Assembly (NCBI GenBank): GCA_045578725.1
Contig: JAZNKS010000052.1
Span: 8,640 to 72,639 of the forward strand
Direction of reading: 5' to 3'
Length of the DNA stretch: 64,000 nucleotides
From: Candidatus Flemingiibacterium sp.
GTDB taxonomy: Bacteria; Bacillota; Clostridia; Oscillospirales; CAG-272
Position 1 is the stretch's first letter. Each line of letters begins with the position of its first letter. Positions 19,144-27,349 of this stretch are shown here, in pieces. The position numbers were made by a program, and so were the translations under genes. A model generated the notes under the pieces. It did not search any database. It saw only the letters and a list, made by a program, of their open reading frames with translations, and was not told the origin of the DNA.

Positions 19144-19172
19144 AGTATAGCATATTTTTTTGCGGTGTGCAA
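19144..19172 (-). promoter_or_regulatory. Sigma-A-type promoter of the NUDIX operon
   Basis: On the minus strand: TTGCAC (19172-19167), a 17-nt spacer, then TATACT (19149-19144), about 30 nt upstream of the ATG. Confidence 0.6.
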
Positions 19173-19302
19173 GAGCTTGGAAAAAGAACGTGTCATTTCG
19201 GAAAAACTCTGTGTCACAGATACTTTTATTCCGCGTCAGGGGTGTGATATAATAATGGCACCGGAATGAAAACCGGAAAAAACCAACAAAGGAGAATCCA
19301 AA

Positions 19303-21024
19303 ATGAAACTGAAGAAAAAGTACATCCGCCTGATCGCCTTTATCGGCGCACTGGTCCTGCTCGTCGGCACTCTGCCGATCACGGCCTCGGCCTACACCGC
19401 ATCCAATGTCCCAAACTACCTGTTCGATTATCGCTACTATGCCGATACCTATCCGGATCTGAAGGCCGCGTTCGGCTACAATGCCGCAAGGCTGTACGAT
19501 CATTGGCTGAACTACGGGTGTCGGGAAGGACGTTCTCCCTCGCCTGTGTATGAGCCGAAGCATTACCGTGCGAACAACCCGGATCTGAAGGCCGCGTTCG
19601 GCGAGAACTGGAAGGCTCTGTACGATCATTTCTGCCGGTGCGGCGTGAATGAGTTCCGGAATTCCAGTCCCGCCTATAACGGCAAATACTACCGCGATTC
19701 CTACGCGGATCTTCGCCGTGCCTTCGGCGATAACAGCCTGCAGTACATCATCCATTATATGAATAACGGCCGCTCGGAAAATCGCAAGGCCAACGGCACC
19801 TCCGTACAGACCACCGTATCCGTTCCCTCCGAAACCACCCGCTCTGCCTATGTCAATACCTCCAGCAAGTCCCTCAATCTCCGTGCATCGGCCAGCACCT
19901 CGGCCAAAGTTATCGCCAGTATGCCCAAGGGAGCATCCGTCACCGTTATCGGTGACAAGGTCGGCGATTTCTATAAGGTGAACTACAAGGGCACAATTGG
20001 CTACGCATCGGCTTCCTACATTAAGTTCACCTCTTCCTCGCAGAGCGCTTCGCCCGCTCCGGCTGAAACCACCCGCGCGGCGTATGTCAACACCTCCAGC
20101 GCTTCCCTCAATCTCCGCGCATCGGCCAGCACTTCGGCCAAAGTTATCGCCAGTATGCCCAAGGGCGCAGCTATCACCGTCATCGGCGATAAGATCGGCG
20201 ATTTCTATAAGGTGAACTACAAGGGCACAATCGGCTATGCATCCGCCGGCTACATCAAGTTCGGAAGCGCTCCCTCCTCTTCGCTGGTGAATCTGATCAC
20301 TGTCCCCTCGACCTCCGGCACAAAGCTGATCAGTGATTCAGAGCTTGCCAACGCGCTTTTCACCTACGGAATCGCCGCAAACAGCAACGCTTACAAGGCG
20401 CTGACGATGATCAACACAAAGTACGGTGACAAGCTGGCCTCCAATAAGAGCGGCGTCAACATCTTCTTCTTTGAAGGCGCCGGAAGCTCCACTTCGGCAT
20501 CGTCCCGGTCGGGCGCGCTCGTTGTAGTGGTCAAAAACGGCAGGATCGTCTATTTGAGCAAGAACGGAAGCACAATCCCGGATTATCCCTTCACCCCCTC
20601 CAAGAATGGCGGCACCGATATGCCGACCACCCAATCCGGTGTCTACAATTTCACCACCACCAACCACAAGAGCACCTATGCCGCGCTGAATATTACCGGT
20701 GCCAAGGTTGTCCGCTTCCGCTCCACGGGCAGCTATTATGAGAGCACATCGGGTGCGATCAACATTCACAAGCGCAGCTCCTCCGGAATCGCTCCCTCGA
20801 ACAAATCCTGGGTCAACTCGGCCGGCTGTCTGCTGGTCGGCAAGTATGATACCAATGAGTATCTGAACTTCATCAAGGCGGTCGGCATCGTATCGTCCGG
20901 CGCAACCTCTGTTGGCAAGAAGACTGCCAATGTCAGCGGTAAGGTTGTCATCGACCGAAGCCTGGCCGGCAATTATCTGACGGCAATCGGCTACACCTCC
21001 GGCGCCATCTCGAAGATCGGCTGA
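19303..21024 (+). CDS. Secreted multi-domain protein: three ~40-aa N-terminal repeats, two SH3b domains and a C-terminal YkuD-like (tentative) domain
   Basis: Signal peptide MKLKKKYIRLIAFIGALVLLVGTLPITASA. Three repeats of the type Y..NPDLKAAFG...LYDH....G..EGR. Two near-identical SH3b units. C-terminal ...INIHKRSSSGIAPSNKSWVNSAGCLLVG resembles the H...S-x-GC motif of L,D-transpeptidase folds. Confidence 0.75.
   Translation: MKLKKKYIRLIAFIGALVLLVGTLPITASAYTASNVPNYLFDYRYYADTYPDLKAAFGYNAARLYDHWLNYGCREGRSPSPVYEPKHYRANNPDLKAAFGENWKALYDHFCRCGVNEFRNSSPAYNGKYYRDSYADLRRAFGDNSLQYIIHYMNNGRSENRKANGTSVQTTVSVPSETTRSAYVNTSSKSLNLRASASTSAKVIASMPKGASVTVIGDKVGDFYKVNYKGTIGYASASYIKFTSSSQSASPAPAETTRAAYVNTSSASLNLRASASTSAKVIASMPKGAAITVIGDKIGDFYKVNYKGTIGYASAGYIKFGSAPSSSLVNLITVPSTSGTKLISDSELANALFTYGIAANSNAYKALTMINTKYGDKLASNKSGVNIFFFEGAGSSTSASSRSGALVVVVKNGRIVYLSKNGSTIPDYPFTPSKNGGTDMPTTQSGVYNFTTTNHKSTYAALNITGAKVVRFRSTGSYYESTSGAINIHKRSSSGIAPSNKSWVNSAGCLLVGKYDTNEYLNFIKAVGIVSSGATSVGKKTANVSGKVVIDRSLAGNYLTAIGYTSGAISKIG
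19831..20263 (+). repeat. Tandem duplication with a 234-bp period, encoding the two SH3b domains
   Basis: GAAACCACCCGC... at 19831 recurs at 20065. About 200 bp align with scattered, mostly third-position differences. Confidence 0.9.
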
Positions 21025-21076
21025 CAAAGTCCGCCCTCCCATCCGTTTTCGGATGAGAGGGCGAGTTTTTCTTTAT

Positions 21077-22183
21077 TCAGGCCTGCAGGAGCTTGGAAAA
21101 TACGATTCCGGCGGCGGCAAGCGTATGGATCCCGGGATCGGTCCGGGCCGGGAGGATCCGGATCGGCGAGGCGGAAAGAGTCCGGCCTTCCAGCTTTTTT
21201 TTCAGCCTTCCGGCAAGCAGCGGGAAGCCTTCGATGATATCGCCGGCCAGATAGAGGGTATCGATACGGATTATATTGCAGAGATTGACGATCGCAGCGC
21301 TCAGATATTCCGCTTCCCGATCGATCAGCGTCTCATCGCCGGCGGCGATGACTTCTTTCCAATTCGCATATCGGCCGCCGTCATCAGCGAGAAGACTCGG
21401 AATGGCGGCATAGGCTTCCAGACAGCCGCGATGACCGCATTCACAGAGCTTGCCGTCAAAGCGAATGGAGGTATGGCCCAGCTCGCAGGTGAAGTGACCG
21501 GCACTGGTCAGCAGCTGACCGCCGGATATGACCCCGGAGCCGATTCCATTATCAACCAGAAGAAGGAGAAAATCGCGGCTATCACCGCTTTCCCGGTGAT
21601 AGAGAGCCAGCGCAGAAGCATCGTTTTCCAGATAGACGGGCACATGGAGGGCTTCTGTGAGCGCGGCGGTGATATCGGTATCCTGCCAGCCCTCAAAATG
21701 CGGCGGATTCAGAATCCGGCCGGCGTCGCTGTCCAGCGGACCGGGGGCGCTGATACCGATGCCGGCGATGGCCGGAATTCCGTTTTCCTCTGACAGAGAG
21801 CGGATTTCATCCGCCAGATGGGGGAGATGGGAACGATCGGGCAGGCTGAGCATCCGACCACCGATCCGCTGGCCGGCAAAATCCGAGATGCCGATTTCAC
21901 AACCCGTCCGGTTCAGAAAGACACCGACGGCATAGCAGGCCTGTCCGTTGACCGTGAGCGGGATGGGCTGACGGCCGCGCTGGCCGCTTGGCGGTGTCGG
22001 TTCTCTTTCGATCAGCCAACCCTCCCGGATCAGCTCCTCCGTGATGAGTGAGGAGGCTGCTCTTGTCAGGCCGGTTGCGCGGGCAAGCTCCGCACGCGAC
22101 ATGGGCTGGCGGCGAAGCAGGCGCAGAATTTTTGCACGGTTGTATTTTTTTGTATATTCGGCGTTATGTGCGGTCTGATCCAT
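21077..22183 (-). CDS. ROK-family transcriptional regulator
   Basis: 368 aa. N-terminal wHTH (ILRLLRRQPMSRAELARATGLTRAASSLITEEL) and ROK zinc motif LCECGHRGCLEAY. Confidence 0.9.
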   Translation of the reverse strand: MDQTAHNAEYTKKYNRAKILRLLRRQPMSRAELARATGLTRAASSLITEELIREGWLIEREPTPPSGQRGRQPIPLTVNGQACYAVGVFLNRTGCEIGISDFAGQRIGGRMLSLPDRSHLPHLADEIRSLSEENGIPAIAGIGISAPGPLDSDAGRILNPPHFEGWQDTDITAALTEALHVPVYLENDASALALYHRESGDSRDFLLLLVDNGIGSGVISGGQLLTSAGHFTCELGHTSIRFDGKLCECGHRGCLEAYAAIPSLLADDGGRYANWKEVIAAGDETLIDREAEYLSAAIVNLCNIIRIDTLYLAGDIIEGFPLLAGRLKKKLEGRTLSASPIRILPARTDPGIHTLAAAGIVFSKLLQA

Positions 22184-22290
22184 GATGGCTCCTTTGCGCT
22201 GTTTGTTCTTTTATCATTATACCTTATAAATGCCGCGGTGTCAAGATCGGATAAATGTTAAATCAATTTACAAGAAATTCGCCAACTGCC

Positions 22291-22319
22291 TTGACAAAAG
22301 CCGCTGACTTTGCTATAAT
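22291..22319 (+). promoter_or_regulatory. Consensus sigma-A promoter for the HAD/DHS-like/PfkB operon
   Basis: TTGACA (22291-22296), a 17-nt spacer, then TGcTATAAT (22311-22319). Confidence 0.75.
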
Positions 22320-22348
22320 AGAAGAAAACCATCGGAAGGGATGATAGG

Positions 22349-23125
22349 ATGTATATTTTACACGGGCATGAGCCGTTTGGCGGATTGGAGGCAGCGGTGT
22401 TTGATTTTGACGGAACGCTGTCCAAGCTCCGGGCCGGCTGGGAGAATGTGATGGAACCGCTGATGTGCGAGCTGATTCCGGGCGAGCCGGAGGAGGTTTG
22501 CGCACTGGTAAAAAAATATATCGATGAATCCACCGGAATCCAGACGATTCATCAGATGCGCTGGCTGGCGGATGAAATCCGGCGGCGGGGCGGAAAAGAG
22601 GTGTTGGATCCGTGGGATTACAAGGCCGAATACAACCGGCGGCTGATGCTGGAGGTGCAGCGGCGGCGTGATGCCGCGGCAAGCGGTACGGAGCCGGTCA
22701 GCCGGTATACGGTGAAGGGCGGCGAGGCCTTTCTGGCGGCGCTGAAGGAGCGCGGCGTCAGGCTGTACGCGGCCAGCGGTACGGACGATCCGGATGTGAA
22801 GGCAGAGGCGGCCATTCTGGGCTTTGACCGCTATTTTGATGAGATTGCCGGTGCGCGCAGGGACTCGGACGAATGCTCCAAGGAGGGCGTTCTCCGGCGG
22901 CTGGTAAAGCCGGGAACACGGCTTCTGGTGGTCGGCGACGGCAGGGTCGAGATCGCGCTCGGCCGGGAAGCCGGTGCGCTGACGCTGGGGATTGCCAGCA
23001 ATGACAACATCGGTGACGATTCCGATGCTTTGAATCAACAGAAATACAGACGGCTGGAAGCGGCAGGCGCTCATGCAATAGTCGCCGATTTCAGTGATAA
23101 GGAGGCGCTTCTCTCATGGATCTGA
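22349..23125 (+). CDS. HAD-superfamily hydrolase (phosphatase-like)
   Basis: 258 aa. Motif I AAVFDFDGTLS and motif IV LLVVGDGRVE. Confidence 0.85.
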   Translation: MYILHGHEPFGGLEAAVFDFDGTLSKLRAGWENVMEPLMCELIPGEPEEVCALVKKYIDESTGIQTIHQMRWLADEIRRRGGKEVLDPWDYKAEYNRRLMLEVQRRRDAAASGTEPVSRYTVKGGEAFLAALKERGVRLYAASGTDDPDVKAEAAILGFDRYFDEIAGARRDSDECSKEGVLRRLVKPGTRLLVVGDGRVEIALGREAGALTLGIASNDNIGDDSDALNQQKYRRLEAAGAHAIVADFSDKEALLSWI

Positions 23126-24105
23126 ACAAGGAAATGCCCCGCCGGAAGCGGGAGCTGGATTTTTCCGGGCTGACCCTCTATTCGGCGGTCAACCGGCACA
23201 ATCTGGTAACAGCGGAGAATCTGCTGACACCCGGCGAGCCGATCGACGAATACATGGCCGAGGGCTTTGATACGCTGGTGGACCGGATTGTAAAGGCGCG
23301 CCGGAACAGCCGCCCGGTTATCGTGAGCATCGGCGCGCACGTCATCAAATGCGGTCTGTCCCGCTATCTGATTGCGCTGGCGAAAAAGGGTTTTATCACC
23401 CATCTGGCCGGCAACGGTGCCTGCTCCATCCACGATTTTGAGCTTGCTTATCTCGGCGGCACATCGGAGCACGTTCCCACAGCAATCGAAGACGGCTCCT
23501 TCGGTATGTGGCAGGAAACGCTGCTCCGGATGAATGAGGCGCTGCATACGGGCGCGGCCAACGGCTGGGGCTACGGTGAGGCGCTCGCGGAATATGCGGA
23601 AGCGCATCCCGAGCTGTTCCCTCATCGCGAGGACGCGGTCTTCTGGAATCTCTATAAGCTGGATATTCCCGCGACCTATCACATCGCGCTGGGAACGGAT
23701 ATCATCCACCAGTCGCCGACCTGCGATATGGCGGACATCGGCCGGTGCAGCGGCATCGATTTCAAGCGGTTCTGCTATTCGGTATCCGAGCTTGATGGCG
23801 GCGTGTATCTGAATTTCGGATCGGCCGTGGTCGGTCCGGAGGTATTCTTAAAGGCTTTGTCCATCGCACGGAACCTCGGTTATCCGACCTTTGATATTAC
23901 TACCGCCAACTTCGATCTGCGGGATCTGGGGGATTTCCGTTCCAAGATCGGTTATGACGATCCCAACTATTACTACCGTCCGCGCAAAAATATTGTCAAC
24001 CGGCCGGTATCCTGCGGCGGATGGGGCTGGCATTTTGTCGGCGATCATGCGAAGACAATTCCGACCCTGTACAAAAAACTGACGGAGAAGATGGGAAATG
24101 TTTGA
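23116..24105 (+). CDS. Deoxyhypusine-synthase-like (DHS-like NAD-binding fold) protein, tentative
   Basis: 329 aa. ...RPVIVSIGAHVIKCGLSRYLIALAKKGFITHLAGNGACSIHDFELAYLGGTSE... resembles the core of bacterial DHS-family proteins by eye. Overlaps both neighbours (by 10 nt and 8 nt). Confidence 0.4.
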   Translation: MDLNKEMPRRKRELDFSGLTLYSAVNRHNLVTAENLLTPGEPIDEYMAEGFDTLVDRIVKARRNSRPVIVSIGAHVIKCGLSRYLIALAKKGFITHLAGNGACSIHDFELAYLGGTSEHVPTAIEDGSFGMWQETLLRMNEALHTGAANGWGYGEALAEYAEAHPELFPHREDAVFWNLYKLDIPATYHIALGTDIIHQSPTCDMADIGRCSGIDFKRFCYSVSELDGGVYLNFGSAVVGPEVFLKALSIARNLGYPTFDITTANFDLRDLGDFRSKIGYDDPNYYYRPRKNIVNRPVSCGGWGWHFVGDHAKTIPTLYKKLTEKMGNV

Positions 24106-25102
24106 TTTTGAACGGCTGAACGATCTGACCATCGGTGTCATCGGCGATTTTGCGCTGGACATCTATTGGTATGCGGATATGACGAAAAGCGAGCTGTCGC
24201 GCGAAACGCCCCACTATCCGCTCCCCGTTGTCCGCGAGAAGATATCCCTCGGTGCCGCCGGCAATGTGGCGGCCAATCTGGCGGCTCTGAAGCCTTCACG
24301 GCTCGCGGTCTGCGGCGTATGCGGCGATGATTGGCGCGGTACTCTGATGCGGGAGCAGTTTGCTTCTCTCGGAGCGGATACCTCCGGCCTTTTTTGCGAG
24401 GCGGGCCGCATGACCAATGCCTACTGCAAGCCGATGCGCATGGGCATTTCCGAAGTGATTTACGAGGATCCCCGGCTTGATTTTGCCGCTTCGGCGGCTC
24501 CTGAAAAGAAAACCGAGGCGAAAATTCTGGCCTGGCTGGATATGGCGGAGAAAACGCTGGATGCGCTCTGTGTCTGTGATCAGTTTGCCTGCGGCATTCT
24601 GACACCGGCGATTGTGGAGCGGATCCGGACGCTCGGCATCCGGGTCTATGTGGACAGCCGGAGCCGGATAGCCGTTTTCGGCTGTCCGGGAACCGTGCTG
24701 AAGCCGAATGAGGTGGAATGTGCGCAGGCGCTGAAAAAGCTGGGACTGGCTGTGGATGAAGATCCCGCCGTCAATGCGGATCGGCTCGGCGAGGCGACCG
24801 GCTCGGATATTCTGCTGACCCTTGGCGAAAAGGGATGCCTGTGGCGCGATGCCGCGAGCCGACACAGCACGGCGATCCCGGCGATTGCGGCTGAGGGGCC
24901 GATTGACATCTGCGGTGCCGGCGACACCTTTATTTCCGCCTTTGCTTCCTTTCACGCTTCGGGAGCATCGCCCGAGGAGGCGGCATCCTTTGCCGCCTGT
25001 GCATCTCACATCACAATCCGTCAGATCGGAACCACGGGAACAGCCTCGCGTGAGGATATTTTTTCGGTTTGGAATGCGTCCGACTCTACGGAAAGAAGAT
25101 AA
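24098..25102 (+). CDS. PfkB-family carbohydrate kinase (RfaE/HldA domain-I-like)
   Basis: 334 aa. N-terminus IGVIGDFALDIYWY...ISLGAAGNVAANL and C-terminal DICGAGDTFISAF. Confidence 0.85.
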   Translation: MFDFERLNDLTIGVIGDFALDIYWYADMTKSELSRETPHYPLPVVREKISLGAAGNVAANLAALKPSRLAVCGVCGDDWRGTLMREQFASLGADTSGLFCEAGRMTNAYCKPMRMGISEVIYEDPRLDFAASAAPEKKTEAKILAWLDMAEKTLDALCVCDQFACGILTPAIVERIRTLGIRVYVDSRSRIAVFGCPGTVLKPNEVECAQALKKLGLAVDEDPAVNADRLGEATGSDILLTLGEKGCLWRDAASRHSTAIPAIAAEGPIDICGAGDTFISAFASFHASGASPEEAASFAACASHITIRQIGTTGTASREDIFSVWNASDSTERR

Positions 25103-25141
25103 ATATCCCTCCGATGCGAGGTTTACTATCGGATTCGTAGG

Positions 25142-25170
25142 TTTACAATTCCGGAAAAATGTGATAAAAT
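25142..25170 (+). promoter_or_regulatory. Internal promoter ahead of the HTH-PfkB gene
   Basis: TTTACA (25142-25147), a 17-nt spacer, then TGaTAAAAT (25162-25170). Confidence 0.55.
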
Positions 25171-25201
25171 AGTAGCAGATCCTGAAATGAGGAGGAATTG
25201 T

Positions 25202-26425
25202 ATGAACGCGGCCCGTATGGGAACCACGATTGCCAAGCTCCGCAAAAAGCTCGGTCTGACCCAGCGTCAGCTGGCCGAGCAGCTGAATGTCAGCGATAAG
25301 GCGGTCAGCAAATGGGAGTGCGGCGGCGGGTATCCCGAAATTACCATTCTGCCGGCCATGTCCGAGCTGTTCGGCGTTTCGGTGGACTACCTTCTGAAGG
25401 GGGACACGCAGGGCATTGCCATTGCGGGCAATATTCTGGTGGATATTGTCAATCTGATCGATACCTATCCTCAGAAAAGTATGCTGGCCAATATCCAGCA
25501 GACGGTCACGGCAGTGGGCGGATGTGTGCCCAATACGATCATTGATATTGCCAAAATCGATCCGGATCTCTTTCTGACGGCGCTCGGAAAGGTCGGAAAC
25601 GATGAAAACGGCCGGTATGTGCTGTCGCAGATGCGAAAGTACGGCATTGATGTGACACAGGTGCGGATCGATGAAACGATGCCGACCGCTTCCAGTAATG
25701 TCATGACCGAAATCTCCAGCGGCGACCGGACCTTCTTCTATGCCGGGGGTGCCAACCGCAGCTTCTCGCCGGACGATATTGATGTGGAGTCTCTGGACTG
25801 CCGGATGTTCCATATCGGCTACATCCTTCTGCTGGATGCGATGGATGCGTATGATGCCGAGTATGGCACCAAAATGGCAGGCCTTCTGAAGCGCGTGTCG
25901 GAGCGGGGTATCAAAACCTCGATTGATGTGGTCAGCGAGGAGGGGAACCGTTTCCGCGAAAAGGTGATTCCCGCGCTGAAATACTGCGACTATGCGATTC
26001 TCAATGAGATTGAGAGCTGTCGTGTGACAGGCCTTTCGCCCCGCCATCCCGACGGACGGATTCATATGGAGAATATCCGCTCGACGATGGAGGAATTTCT
26101 CCGCCTCGGCGTGCGGGAAAAGGTAATTGTCCACTGTGTGGAATGCGGCTTCCTTCTCGATCGGAGCGGCGAATTCATTGTAGTTCCCTCGCTGGAGCTT
26201 CCGCCGGATTACATCAAGGGAAGTGTCGGCGCGGGCGATTCCTATGCGGCCGCCTGTCTGTACGGTATCTACAACGGCTGTGATAACCGTTGGCTGCTGG
26301 AATTTGCTTCCGCTGCCGCGGCCTGCAATCTGTCCGCATCCGATTCGATCAGCGGTATGCGCTCCCGCAGCGAGATCGAAAAGCTGTGCGAGCTTTATCC
26401 GCGCAAGAAAACAGAAAATATTTGA
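25202..26425 (+). CDS. Fusion protein: XRE/Cro-type HTH domain plus PfkB carbohydrate-kinase domain
   Basis: I prefer the ATG at 25202, which follows GAGGAGG. The N-terminal ~65 aa (IAKLRKKLGLTQRQLAEQLNVSDKAVSKWECGGGYPEITILPAMSELFGVSVDYLL) form the HTH. The remainder is ribokinase-like and ends ...GSVGAGDSYAAACLYG. Confidence 0.85.
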   Translation: MNAARMGTTIAKLRKKLGLTQRQLAEQLNVSDKAVSKWECGGGYPEITILPAMSELFGVSVDYLLKGDTQGIAIAGNILVDIVNLIDTYPQKSMLANIQQTVTAVGGCVPNTIIDIAKIDPDLFLTALGKVGNDENGRYVLSQMRKYGIDVTQVRIDETMPTASSNVMTEISSGDRTFFYAGGANRSFSPDDIDVESLDCRMFHIGYILLLDAMDAYDAEYGTKMAGLLKRVSERGIKTSIDVVSEEGNRFREKVIPALKYCDYAILNEIESCRVTGLSPRHPDGRIHMENIRSTMEEFLRLGVREKVIVHCVECGFLLDRSGEFIVVPSLELPPDYIKGSVGAGDSYAAACLYGIYNGCDNRWLLEFASAAAACNLSASDSISGMRSRSEIEKLCELYPRKKTENI

Positions 26426-26441
26426 TTCTGGAGGAAATAAA

Positions 26442-27278
26442 ATGTTAGTCAATCTGAACGATGTTCTTCGTCCGGCCCGCGAAATGGGCTATGCTGTGGG
26501 CCTGTTCAACACTACCGATACCGATATGCTTCAGGCAGCCATTGAGGCGGCCGAGGAGCTTCGCTCGCCGATTATCATCGGCACAGCGGAGGTTCTTCTC
26601 CCGTCCGGTGAGCTGCAGCTGATCGCACCGTCGATCTTACACAAGGCAAGACAGGCTTCGGTGCCGGTTGTTGTCCACTACGATCACGGCCTTACCTTTG
26701 AGCGCTGCATGGAAGCCCTCAAGCTCGGCTTCTCCAGCGTTATGTATGACGGCTCGGCCAAGGATTACGAAACGAATATCGCCGAAACCCGCGAGATCGT
26801 GAAGATCGCGCACGCTTTCGGTGCATCCGTTGAAGGTGAAATCGGCCATGTCGGCAATGCAGACAGCGAGGACAATGCGGATACCGACGGCTACACGACC
26901 TGCGCGGAGGCACTCACCTATCTGAAGGATACCGGCGTGGATGCGCTTGCCATCGCCATCGGAACCGCGCACGGCGCATACAAAAAGAAACCGAAGCTGG
27001 ATTTTGATCGTCTGAGCCAAATCCGCGGCGCAGTAGATGTTCCGCTGGTGCTTCACGGCGGCTCCGGTTTGAGTGATGATGATTTCCGCACGGCGGTCAA
27101 GCGAGGCATTGCCAAGGTGAACATTTTCACCGATCTCTGCCTGGCCGGTAATCGCGCCATGGCGGAAGGCCTTGCCGCAAACGAAGCCTATCTGACGATC
27201 CGCGACCGTAAGGTGGAGGCCATCAAGGCGGCGGTTATGGAAAAGATGCGCCTGTTCGGCTCCGAGGGACGCGCATAA
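26442..27278 (+). CDS. Class II ketose-bisphosphate aldolase (FBA/tagatose-bisphosphate aldolase family)
   Basis: I prefer the ATG at 26442, which follows GGAGGAAA. MLVNLNDVLRPAREMGYAVGLFN..., VVVHYDHG, GEIGHVG, AIGTAHG and VLHGGSG are class II aldolase signatures. Confidence 0.88.
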   Translation: MLVNLNDVLRPAREMGYAVGLFNTTDTDMLQAAIEAAEELRSPIIIGTAEVLLPSGELQLIAPSILHKARQASVPVVVHYDHGLTFERCMEALKLGFSSVMYDGSAKDYETNIAETREIVKIAHAFGASVEGEIGHVGNADSEDNADTDGYTTCAEALTYLKDTGVDALAIAIGTAHGAYKKKPKLDFDRLSQIRGAVDVPLVLHGGSGLSDDDFRTAVKRGIAKVNIFTDLCLAGNRAMAEGLAANEAYLTIRDRKVEAIKAAVMEKMRLFGSEGRA

Positions 27279-27285
27279 TCAGGAC

Positions 27286-27337
27286 TTGCAAAAATCGGCT
27301 GTATGTGATATAATAAATCCATACAGCTGATTTTTTT
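27286..27337 (+). terminator. Terminator hairpin of the aldolase operon, interleaved with the promoter of the HD gene
   Basis: Stem TCGGCTGTATG (27295-27305) pairs with CATACAGCTGA (27320-27330), followed by T7. TTGCAA (27286-27291) lies 17 nt before TGaTATAAT (27306-27314), and that -10 element is in the hairpin loop. Confidence 0.7.
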
Positions 27338-27349
27338 GAGGTCCTGCCA

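Noticed and set aside
15823-19755. N-terminal extensions of the listed ORFs 15823..17547 (574 aa) and 17725..19755 (676 aa).
   Set aside because: The extensions are Pro/Arg/Ser- or Val/Ile/Gly-rich junk. They overlap the NUDIX gene or the antisense of the SH3b gene. Internal ATGs at 17073 and 19113 have strong RBSs and give tidy operon geometry.
19831-20263. A tandem repeat, considered as a possible CRISPR or other non-coding array.
   Set aside because: There are only two copies, with a 234-bp period, fully in frame inside a secreted-protein gene, and they encode SH3b domains. This is not a spacer-repeat architecture.
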